Made by a program: the position numbers and the translations under genes. From an uncultured Aquimarina sp. (GTDB lineage Bacteria; Bacteroidota; Bacteroidia; Flavobacteriales; Flavobacteriaceae), in the NCBI GenBank assembly GCA_947498935.1, contig CANMMM010000006.1:128060-192059 (forward strand): a stretch of 64,000 nucleotides of DNA. The letters run 5' to 3'. Shown here piece after piece: positions 51,093-59,257 of this stretch. Each line of letters starts with the position of its first letter. Positions within the stretch are counted from its first letter, which is position 1. Below the pieces are notes generated by a model that had not been told where the DNA came from, searched no databases, and saw only the letters and a program-made list of their open reading frames with translations.

Positions 51093-52155
51093 CTCCGTCT
51101 TCAGTAAGTACAGAGGCCAATTGCATCAAGCACAATTCTACTAACAGCCGTTGATTACGACTCGTTTTATACGTCAGATCACAATCATTTGCCAGTTCTA
51201 TTCCTCTGAGTAAGAATCCCTGTGGTGCTTTCTGGGATTGCTCACTGTATTTTTGCTTTGTTTGCTCTCCAACCTCTAGTAATGCAATCGTAGCAGGGTT
51301 TTTACACACTAATAAATCTCTAAAATGCGATGCCAATCCTGCTATAAAATGATGCCCATCAAATCCCTTACTCAGGATTTCATTAAAGGTCAATAACAAT
51401 TGCGGAATGTTATTCTCTAGGATCAAATCTGTAGTCGTAAAGTACGTTTCATAGTCCAACACATTCAGATTTTCGGTTACCGCCTGCCGTGTTAGGTTTG
51501 TACCACTAAAGCTCACTACTCTGTCGAAAATAGACAGCGCATCACGCATCGCACCATCTGCTTTTTGTGCAATAATCTGTAATGCATCTTCCTCTGCATC
51601 AATCCCTTCTTGCTTGGCCACCTCCATCAAGTGTAACTTCGCGTCAGTAACCGTAATTCTTTTAAAATCAAATATTTGACATCTAGAAAGAATCGTAGGG
51701 ATGATCTTGTGTTTTTCGGTAGTCGCTAGGATAAAGATGGCATGCTTCGGAGGTTCTTCTAGCGTTTTTAGAAACGCATTAAAAGCCGCCTGTGATAGCA
51801 TGTGTACTTCATCAATAATGTATACCTTATACGTACCGATTTGTGGAGGGATGCGTACCTGCTCGATCAAACTACGAATATCATCTACAGAGTTATTCGA
51901 AGCCGCATCTAGCTCAAAAATATTAAACGCAAAATCTTCATCAGGATTTTCATGTTCCTGCTGATTGATCGTTTTAGCTAGAATCCTAGCACAAGATGTT
52001 TTTCCCACACCACGCGGTCCTGTAAATAACAGTGCCTGTGCCAAATGGTTATTTTCAATCGCATTCAGTAAAGTATTGGTAATAGCTTGCTGCCCCACCA
52101 CATCCTTAAATGTACTAGGTCTATACTTACGTGCTGATACGATAAAATGTTCCAT
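51067..52155 (-). CDS. dnaX: DNA polymerase III gamma/tau subunit, 0-frame product (gamma-like, ~362 aa)
   Basis: MEHFIVSARKYRPSTFKDVVGQ, GPRGVGKTS, and a DEVH-box variant IIDEVHMLS. Start taken at the ATG at 52155. Confidence 0.9.
   Translation of the reverse strand: MEHFIVSARKYRPSTFKDVVGQQAITNTLLNAIENNHLAQALLFTGPRGVGKTSCARILAKTINQQEHENPDEDFAFNIFELDAASNNSVDDIRSLIEQVRIPPQIGTYKVYIIDEVHMLSQAAFNAFLKTLEEPPKHAIFILATTEKHKIIPTILSRCQIFDFKRITVTDAKLHLMEVAKQEGIDAEEDALQIIAQKADGAMRDALSIFDRVVSFSGTNLTRQAVTENLNVLDYETYFTTTDLILENNIPQLLLTFNEILSKGFDGHHFIAGLASHFRDLLVCKNPATIALLEVGEQTKQKYSEQSQKAPQGFLLRGIELANDCDLTYKTSRNQRLLVELCLMQLASVLTEDGEKKKGSLT
51083..51092 (-). other. A10 homopolymer containing the A_AAA_AAG slippery heptamer in dnaX
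   Basis: Minus strand: GAC GGA GAA AAA AAA AAG GGC AGC CTT ACA TAA. The 0 frame stops 4 codons after the heptamer. A hairpin ctccta-N7-taggag lies about 20 nt downstream. Confidence 0.8.
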
Positions 52156-52310
52156 ATATTGCAAATTTACACATTGCACTCAAAAAATAACCGCTCCCCA
52201 TTGCTTTTTCTACGGAGTTATCAACAAGCCCATAGCATTTGCAGTAGTTTCTCAAAATAATACCCCTCATATACCATCCACACCGATGAATTGTAATACT
52301 TTTGCCAAAA

Positions 52311-52610
52311 AGTAGGTCGCCTTATCGCTGTACTTATTGATTAAGTAAAGAGGAAAGTCCGGACACCATAGTGCACTATAGCGGGTAACGCCCGTCCATC
52401 GCGAGATGAGGACCAGTGCAACAGAAAGAATGTACAGATCATGCTGTAGTGAAACCAGGTAAACTCTATAGGGTGCAACGTCATGTATACCAGCGCAAAA
52501 GAGCGGCACGCTCAATGCTGGAGGGTAGACGGTTAGACGCTGGTAGTAATACCAGTGCTAGATAAATGATAAGGAACCTTTTGGTTACAGAATCCGGCTT
52601 ATGACCTGCT
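52311..52610 (+). ncRNA. rnpB: RNase P RNA (bacterial type A)
   Basis: Universally conserved P4 halves gaggaaagtccggac (5') and acagaatccggcttat (3'). P1 pairs agtaggtc (52311) with gacctgct (52603-52610), and a T-run follows. Confidence 0.9.
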
Positions 52611-52637
52611 TTTTTTTACTAATTTTAATACGAATAT

Positions 52638-52725
52638 GGGCGTTCCCCAAGGGTCGGGCTATCCGCTGTATCTTTTTTGGTTTTACAGAAAACCAAAAAA
52701 GGATGCCGCTCCTATCCCTAACGCA
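52638..52725 (+). repeat. REP-like element, subtype A (copy R8)
   Basis: gggcgttccccaagggtcgggctatccgctgtatcttttttgg...ccaaaaaaggatgccgctcctatccctaacgca. It lies 28 nt after the rnpB 3' end, in the same sense. Confidence 0.85.
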
Positions 52726-52835
52726 GTGCTACCGTTTCTACTTTGGGCACTGATGCTATATTACCAATCTTTTAACAGGAAATACCGCTAATTTTCTTGT
52801 AAATTGTGCACTCCTAAAAGAAAAATTGTAACAAT

Positions 52836-53963
52836 ATGAATATTGCGATTGTATGCTATCCTACCTTTGGAGGTAGTGGAGTAGTAGCCACCGAACTAGG
52901 CATTGCACTGGCCAAACGAAACCATCAGGTTCATTTCGTAACCTACAAACAGCCCGTTCGACTGGGGTTATTAAGTCCTAATATTCATTTTCATGAAGTT
53001 ACCGTACCCGAATACCCCTTATTCCAATACCAACCCTATGAATTAGCATTGTCTAGCAAGTTGGTAAACACAGTCAAAAAGCACAAAATCGATGTACTAC
53101 ACGTGCATTACGCCATACCACATGCCTATGCTGGCTATATGGCTAAAAAAATGCTCGCAGAAGAAGGGATTCATATACCTATGATCACCACCCTGCACGG
53201 TACCGATATTACACTCGTAGGGAATCATCCGTTTTACAAACCCGCAGTGACTTTTAGCATCAATGAGAGCGATATTGTAACCTCTGTATCTCAAAGCCTT
53301 AAAGAAGATACACTACGCCTTTTTGACCTTACCAAAGAGATCAAAGTAGTTCCTAATTTTATAGACGCCTCCTCGCATCAAACGGCATTTACCGATTGCC
53401 AACGCGAGCTGATGGCCACACCAGAAGAACGTATCATTACACATATCAGTAATTTCAGACCCGTAAAACGTATTCAGGATATTATTGCTGTTTTTTATCA
53501 AGTACAAAAAGAAATTCCTGCTAAATTACTCATGGTAGGTGATGGTCCAGAACGAAAACCTGCCGAAGCCAAGTGCAAAGAGTTAGGCATCAAAGACAAA
53601 GTAATTTTTCTGGGCAATAGCAATGAGATTGATAAGATTCTGTGTTTTTCAGACCTGTTCTTATTACCCTCAGAACGCGAAAGTTTTGGATTAGCCGCCT
53701 TAGAAGCTATGATTAATAAAGTACCCGTGATCTCTAGCAATACCGGTGGAATTCCCGAAGTAAACATACAAGGCGTATCAGGATACCTGAGTGATGTAGG
53801 AGACATCGATGCGATGGCTGCCAATGCCTTAAAAATACTACGCGATGATGCCGTACTCGCTACCTTTAAGCAAGGCGCCTATAACGAAGCGATGAAATTT
53901 GATATAGAATCCATCGTACCCTTGTACCTTTCGTTATATGAAGAAGCATTAGCGCTGGTGTAG
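52836..53963 (+). CDS. bshA: GT4 glycosyltransferase, BshA-like (N-acetyl-alpha-D-glucosaminyl L-malate synthase)
   Basis: MNIAIVCYPTFGGSGVVATELGIALAKRNHQVHFVT and a C-terminal ESFGLAALEAM EX7E motif. 375 aa. Confidence 0.75.
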   Translation: MNIAIVCYPTFGGSGVVATELGIALAKRNHQVHFVTYKQPVRLGLLSPNIHFHEVTVPEYPLFQYQPYELALSSKLVNTVKKHKIDVLHVHYAIPHAYAGYMAKKMLAEEGIHIPMITTLHGTDITLVGNHPFYKPAVTFSINESDIVTSVSQSLKEDTLRLFDLTKEIKVVPNFIDASSHQTAFTDCQRELMATPEERIITHISNFRPVKRIQDIIAVFYQVQKEIPAKLLMVGDGPERKPAEAKCKELGIKDKVIFLGNSNEIDKILCFSDLFLLPSERESFGLAALEAMINKVPVISSNTGGIPEVNIQGVSGYLSDVGDIDAMAANALKILRDDAVLATFKQGAYNEAMKFDIESIVPLYLSLYEEALALV

Positions 53964-54069
53964 GGAATTAAATACCATAACATTTACTAAAATGCATTCC
54001 TCCACTTTCCAAATACAGCAAAGTAGCATAGGATACTAATGCACCGATTTGCTTATTTAAAAAGGAAAT

Positions 54070-54103
54070 ATCATAGCACTAATCACTTTATCAGCGCTAT
54101 GAT
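54070..54103. terminator. Hairpin between convergent genes (possible bidirectional terminator)
   Basis: atcatagcact / agcgctatgat imperfect stem, located between the stops at 53963 (+) and 54109 (-). Confidence 0.4.
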
Positions 54104-54108
54104 CAATT

Positions 54109-57100
54109 TTATTGCATTTTTATGGCACCGATATCTACATTCCATAATTTTTGATTGTACGCAGGTATCTGATTGCTGATCAGGTCTTCAGCAGTTTTTT
54201 TATACTCCGCCCATTGCTTGTCTAATTCCGCCTTTCGATCCAGTACAGCTTGCGTAATTTTAGGCAAACTATTATTCGCCTGATTCATCAAAAACAGGTA
54301 TTCTGCAGAGAATTTATTTTCAAAATTCTCTACATCGTCATACGCCTGAGAGCGACGTTGTACCATTGCTGTATCCCATGCTTTTATAGCCTTTAACAAC
54401 GCCTTTCCTTCTTGGATTAACACTGTATCCTTATGTGTTTCTTTTAATTGTTGGATCGATGTACGAATATCTGTAGCCATGCGATGTAATAGGTTTACTT
54501 TCTGATGCATATCGGTAGCACTCGCTTCGAATTGGAGCATCAAGGCATCATAGGCCTCATATGTTTCTTTCGTTACCTGATAATGCGGATTTTCTTTGAT
54601 GATTGCCTTGGTAGTATAGGTATTGCCATCATAGGTTAATTGCAGCGTATACGTTCTGGGGATCACGCGATGTCCATTAAAACTCGCCTCTATATACACT
54701 TTAGGCACTCCAGGAACAATTGGGTGTTGCATATTCCACACAAAACGATTCAATCCTTTTTTCTTAGGCAATTGCGGCGCTCTAGGTGCACCGCCACCAG
54801 TATGAGGGATATATTTCTTGTCCTTTTCTGATGTATAACTATTAATTACTGTTCCTTTGCTATCCAATACGTTTAGGGTAACTGCTTTGGTGCTATCAAT
54901 AGTTGGTAACTCGTAGTACAACTCGATACCATTCGTCGGATTTACTCCCACAAAATCTTGCATCCCTTTAAAAGTATCTAACTTGCCATTCATTTTACTT
55001 CCCCAATGCCCATAATAGATAGGCGCAGGCTCATATACCTTGACACCCTTATTTTTTGGCGTATACTGCGATAATAACGATAGGTTATCCAAAATCCAAA
55101 ATGCCCTACCAGATGTCGCTACAATCAAGTCATTGCGATGTACTTTTATGTCTAAAATAGGAGTAATGGGCAGGTTTCGCTGAAATGACTCCCATTGTGC
55201 GCCTCCATCAAATGAAATATACATACCCAGTTCTGTACCTGCATATAACAATCCTTTCTTAGTAGCATCCTCGCGTACCACTCGTGTATGTGCGCCATAA
55301 GGAATTCCCTTGTTTATCGATTTCCACGATTTTCCATAGTCATCACTTTTATAAAGAGCAGGAGTGTAGTCCCCCAATTTATAGCGAGTCGTAGCAATGT
55401 ACACCACAGCAGGATCATGCGGAGATACTTCAATCGCATTGATCAAGGTTTCTTCCAGTTGTTTCGGAGTGATATTTTGCCAAGTAGTACCATTATCCCT
55501 TGTTATATGTACCAAACCATCATCACTTCCCGAATAAAATACGCCTTTTTCATGAGGAGATTCTACTAAGTAACTGATCGTACCATAGTTTTCTGCTCCT
55601 ACCGCTTCATTCGTGTACGGACCACCGCCTTTGCCTTGTTTGGCATCGATATCCCTTGTCAGATTTGGAGAAAAATGTGTCCAATTGACGCCTAGATCTT
55701 TTGATTGCAGTATTCGTTGTGCCGCATGAAAAATGGTATTCGGCTCATGTTGTGACCAAACGATCGGTGCATTCCAATTGTATAGGTATTTCATATCTCT
55801 AGCCGCTTTTCCCAGATACTGAATAGGGGAGGCCATGATCTTAGTACTTACCATTTCTTTCATATCTAAAGCTTCGATCGTACCCAAATAACTACCACCC
55901 ACTGTCACAGTAGAATTATTGGGATCAAATGCCAAAAAGGCACTCTCTCCACCCGCAGCCTTTGTCCAATTACGCTCAGCAATTCCATAGCCCGTCATAT
56001 TCATACTCGCTATTTTGATAGAAGAATTGTCTTGCTGACCCGCATAGATATTATACGGCACCAAATTATCTACATTGATCCTATAAAATTGCCCTGTAGG
56101 CATGATATTTTGCGTAGACCATGTTTTTCCAGAATTAAATGAAATCGCAGCCCCACCATCATTGGCAATCACCATATTCTTAGAATTCGTAGGATGTATC
56201 CATAAATCATGAAAATCACCATGTGTTCCTGTAATTTTCTGCCAGCGTTTCCCACCGTCTTTAGAACGATATGCAGATGCACTCAGCACATAGACCGTTT
56301 CTTCATCCTTCGGATCGATAAACAACTCAGTATAATACCATGCACGTTGCGTCAATCGATTATCTCCACTGACCAGCTTCCAACTTTTACCCGCATCCGT
56401 GGATACATACAATCCGCTACCATCCTTTTGGGTATCGCTTTCTACGAGCGCATATACTTTACTACTATTGCTTCTACACACTGCTATGGCCAGTTTTCCT
56501 AATGTTTTAGGCAATCCTTTGTCTAATTTGGTCCATGTTTCGCCTCCATCTTCCGATTTATACAATCCACTGCCTTCGCCACCGCTGATCATTTTCCAAG
56601 GCGTTCGTTGGTGGTGCCATAGTGCTGCATATAGTATTTGCGGATTATTCATATCGATCACCAATTCCGATGCACCCGAAAATTGATTCACAAAGAGTAT
56701 TTGTTTCCACGTTTTCCCACCATCTATCGATTTATACACCCCACGTTCTGAAGTAGGAGTCGCATATTTTCCTTGTGCCGCAACATATACGATATCGGGA
56801 TTCGTAGGATGAATGACTATTCTAGAGATTTGTTCAGTTTTGGACAATCCTATAGACTTCCATGTTTTACCAGCATCTGTAGATTTATATACCCCATCAC
56901 CATAGGAAGTCATGACACCACGAATTGCATGTTCACCCATTCCCACATACAGGATATTGGGATTGCTTTCAGAAGCCGCGATAGCACCTACAGACCCCGT
57001 TTTAAAGAAACCATCACTGATATTCTTCCAATGTTGTCCCGCATCTTCCGTTTTCCACAGTCCACCGCCAGTAGTCCCCATATAATAGGTGAGAGGGTCA

Positions 57101-57249
57101 TTTACGATACCAGTAGCACTCACAGAACGTCCCCCTCTAAAAGGACCAATATTTCGGTATTTCATCGAAGAAAAATAAGCATCTGCCTCTTGGGCGATAT
57201 TCACTACAGGCACTGCTAACAGTAGCATACAAACAATCCTTAGTCTCAT
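54109..57249 (-). CDS. Secreted BNR/Asp-box repeat protein (sortilin/VPS10-like double beta-propeller)
   Basis: 1046 aa with a signal peptide and at least 9 Asp-box motifs, including [56 protein letters not shown] and SFDGGAQW. Confidence 0.8.
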   Translation of the reverse strand: MRLRIVCMLLLAVPVVNIAQEADAYFSSMKYRNIGPFRGGRSVSATGIVNDPLTYYMGTTGGGLWKTEDAGQHWKNISDGFFKTGSVGAIAASESNPNILYVGMGEHAIRGVMTSYGDGVYKSTDAGKTWKSIGLSKTEQISRIVIHPTNPDIVYVAAQGKYATPTSERGVYKSIDGGKTWKQILFVNQFSGASELVIDMNNPQILYAALWHHQRTPWKMISGGEGSGLYKSEDGGETWTKLDKGLPKTLGKLAIAVCRSNSSKVYALVESDTQKDGSGLYVSTDAGKSWKLVSGDNRLTQRAWYYTELFIDPKDEETVYVLSASAYRSKDGGKRWQKITGTHGDFHDLWIHPTNSKNMVIANDGGAAISFNSGKTWSTQNIMPTGQFYRINVDNLVPYNIYAGQQDNSSIKIASMNMTGYGIAERNWTKAAGGESAFLAFDPNNSTVTVGGSYLGTIEALDMKEMVSTKIMASPIQYLGKAARDMKYLYNWNAPIVWSQHEPNTIFHAAQRILQSKDLGVNWTHFSPNLTRDIDAKQGKGGGPYTNEAVGAENYGTISYLVESPHEKGVFYSGSDDGLVHITRDNGTTWQNITPKQLEETLINAIEVSPHDPAVVYIATTRYKLGDYTPALYKSDDYGKSWKSINKGIPYGAHTRVVREDATKKGLLYAGTELGMYISFDGGAQWESFQRNLPITPILDIKVHRNDLIVATSGRAFWILDNLSLLSQYTPKNKGVKVYEPAPIYYGHWGSKMNGKLDTFKGMQDFVGVNPTNGIELYYELPTIDSTKAVTLNVLDSKGTVINSYTSEKDKKYIPHTGGGAPRAPQLPKKKGLNRFVWNMQHPIVPGVPKVYIEASFNGHRVIPRTYTLQLTYDGNTYTTKAIIKENPHYQVTKETYEAYDALMLQFEASATDMHQKVNLLHRMATDIRTSIQQLKETHKDTVLIQEGKALLKAIKAWDTAMVQRRSQAYDDVENFENKFSAEYLFLMNQANNSLPKITQAVLDRKAELDKQWAEYKKTAEDLISNQIPAYNQKLWNVDIGAIKMQ

Positions 57250-57447
57250 AGGTACGGGTTTTAATAAGCGCCTAAAGTAACAAGAATAATTCGCTTTGTA
57301 GCGGGGTAGTGAGAGAGAACTTTTCCACAGTTTATTAAGAGAAGGAAGGAATAATTGTAGTTATAACGATGTAGGAGAAAATGGTATAATATAAGGAGAG
57401 AAAGTGTAGTTATTTAGGGGTTAGACATAAGCCAGAATAACCAAAGT

Positions 57448-57792
57448 CTATAAATCAATAAGGTATTTTATTCTAAAATAGCATTCTTTAGCTAATGGTT
57501 CTAACGATTCTCCATTGGGTGTAATAGTATAATCAAGTGATCTGTTCATAAAAGAAGCATATGTTTCTTCCAAATAATGATTTGTTTTTTCTTTTGGTAT
57601 ATGCATAAGCTTATAGATAATTTCCAAAATTGCAAGATGATGCATACTTAGTCCATCTAACCCTATACTTTCTAATCCGTACAATAATTGACTATGTTTA
57701 AGATCTTGTACTATTAGATCAATGATTATTTGTTCATTTTCCATAAAACTTTCAAATTTTATTTCTGAAATCCACCTTTCAAATTGTGACAC
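57448..57792 (-). CDS. Hypothetical protein at the left edge of the AT-rich island, divergent from the HTH-methyltransferase operon
   Basis: 114-aa ORF with an ATG start. No motif recognised. Its composition matches the island rather than the flank. Confidence 0.45.
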   Translation of the reverse strand: MSQFERWISEIKFESFMENEQIIIDLIVQDLKHSQLLYGLESIGLDGLSMHHLAILEIIYKLMHIPKEKTNHYLEETYASFMNRSLDYTITPNGESLEPLAKECYFRIKYLIDL

Positions 57793-57806
57793 CTTACGAT
57801 AAAAAA

Positions 57807-57874
57807 TTCCGATTATCAGAACAAATATACCGAAATAAAGACAAAATAAAAACTAATTATTCAGAAAATCGGAA
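57807..57874. promoter_or_regulatory. Inverted repeat in the divergent promoter region (candidate operator for the small HTH protein)
   Basis: ttccgattatcagaa (57807-57821) and ttcagaaaatcggaa (57860-57874) are reverse complements at 13 of 15 positions. A third related ctgattat lies at 57883-57890. Confidence 0.4.
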
Positions 57875-57920
57875 TAAAATATCTGATTATGTAGATTTAT
57901 AACCATAAAAACAGACAAAA

Positions 57921-58139
57921 ATGACTGATTTAGGTCTATATCTTTCTAGAAAATCTGTCAACAGATCTGATGTTTCTCGAAAAACAGGTATTAGTAAAAC
58001 CCGTCTTAGCGAATTGGCAAATAACAAGAAAACCAAATTAAGAGCAGATGAATTATATTTAATAGCACTTGCTATTGATGTTGATCCTTGTGAAATATTT
58101 GAAGAAGTTTGTAAAGAATTAAAACTTGTCGAGAAATAA
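57921..58139 (+). CDS. Small XRE-family HTH protein (R-M controller-protein-like position)
   Basis: 72 aa. SRKSVNRSDVSRKTGISKTRLSELANNKKTKLRADELYLIALAI fits the HTH_3 pattern. The stop is 2 nt before the methyltransferase ATG. Confidence 0.8.
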   Translation: MTDLGLYLSRKSVNRSDVSRKTGISKTRLSELANNKKTKLRADELYLIALAIDVDPCEIFEEVCKELKLVEK

Positions 58140-58141
58140 CT

Positions 58142-59257
58142 ATGGATATTTTAATTGAAGACAAATTATCATTGCATACGAATTTAAATAATGTTTCCAA
58201 TACTCCTCTAGGGTGCGATATTTTTAGTGGAGCAGGAGGGATGAGTCTTGGTGCAGAAATGGCGGGAATAAATATTTCTTTTGCTGTAGAAAATGACAAA
58301 TATGCTGCGGATACTTTTATTAAGAATCATAGCTCGTCAAAAGTTATTGTAGAAGATATAAGAAATGTTAAGCCTACAGAATTAATTTCTAAAAACCCTT
58401 TTGTACTATTCGGAGGACCGCCTTGTCAAGGCTTTTCGTTATCAAACACAGTTACTAGAAATTCTAAAAATGAAAAAAATAGTTTGTTTGAGGAATTTTT
58501 AAGATTTATCGAAGAGCTTGAACCACAATGGTGTGTTTTCGAAAATGTTGAAGGTTTTAGAAGTTTTCAAAAAGGTAAAGTTGTAAAAATTTTAAAAAAA
58601 CGATTAGAAGATTTAGGATATACTGTGAATTTTGATGTTTTAATAGCATCTGATTATGGAGTTCCTCAAGACAGGAAACGTTTTTTTATGATTGGAAATA
58701 AAAATGGAATAAAATTTAAATTTCCTCAGCCATTAACTAATAAATTCACAGTAGCAGATGCAATTTCAGATTTACCAAATTTACAGAATGGTGATTTTAT
58801 TGAATCTCTACCTTATAATGGTTTGGCTAATAACGAATTTGCTAATACTATGAGAGCAAAATCAAACTTCTCTATGCAGAATTATGTTTCTAGAAATAGA
58901 GATTACGTATTGGAGAGATATAGGCATATAGGACAAGGAGAAAACTGGAAAGCTATACCAGATGAATTAATGGCAAATTATGCTAACAAAAACAATTGTC
59001 ATTCAGGAATATATAAGCGCTTAAACTCTGAAAAACCATCGGTAGTTATTTCTAATTACAGAAAAAATATGTTGATACACCCTTTTGAAAACAGAGGTTT
59101 ATCAGTTAGAGAAGCTGCAAGATTACAAAGTTTTCCTGATGATTTTATTTTTCAAGGTACATTAATGTATATGCAACAACAAATAGGTAACGCTGTTCCT
59201 CCTTTATTAGCTAAAGCACTATTTGACCAAATTAATGAAATGACATATAATGGCTAA
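58142..59257 (+). CDS. DNA (cytosine-5)-methyltransferase
   Basis: All canonical m5C motifs in order: I DIFSGAGGMSLG, IV GGPPCQGFS, VI FENVEGF, VIII QDRKRFF, IX RLQSFPDDF, X GNAVPP. Confidence 0.95.
   Translation: MDILIEDKLSLHTNLNNVSNTPLGCDIFSGAGGMSLGAEMAGINISFAVENDKYAADTFIKNHSSSKVIVEDIRNVKPTELISKNPFVLFGGPPCQGFSLSNTVTRNSKNEKNSLFEEFLRFIEELEPQWCVFENVEGFRSFQKGKVVKILKKRLEDLGYTVNFDVLIASDYGVPQDRKRFFMIGNKNGIKFKFPQPLTNKFTVADAISDLPNLQNGDFIESLPYNGLANNEFANTMRAKSNFSMQNYVSRNRDYVLERYRHIGQGENWKAIPDELMANYANKNNCHSGIYKRLNSEKPSVVISNYRKNMLIHPFENRGLSVREAARLQSFPDDFIFQGTLMYMQQQIGNAVPPLLAKALFDQINEMTYNG

Noticed and set aside
52267-52515. 82-aa ORF on the minus strand.
   Set aside because: It overlaps the RNase P RNA gene, whose conserved P4 sequences are on the plus strand. 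It is not coding.
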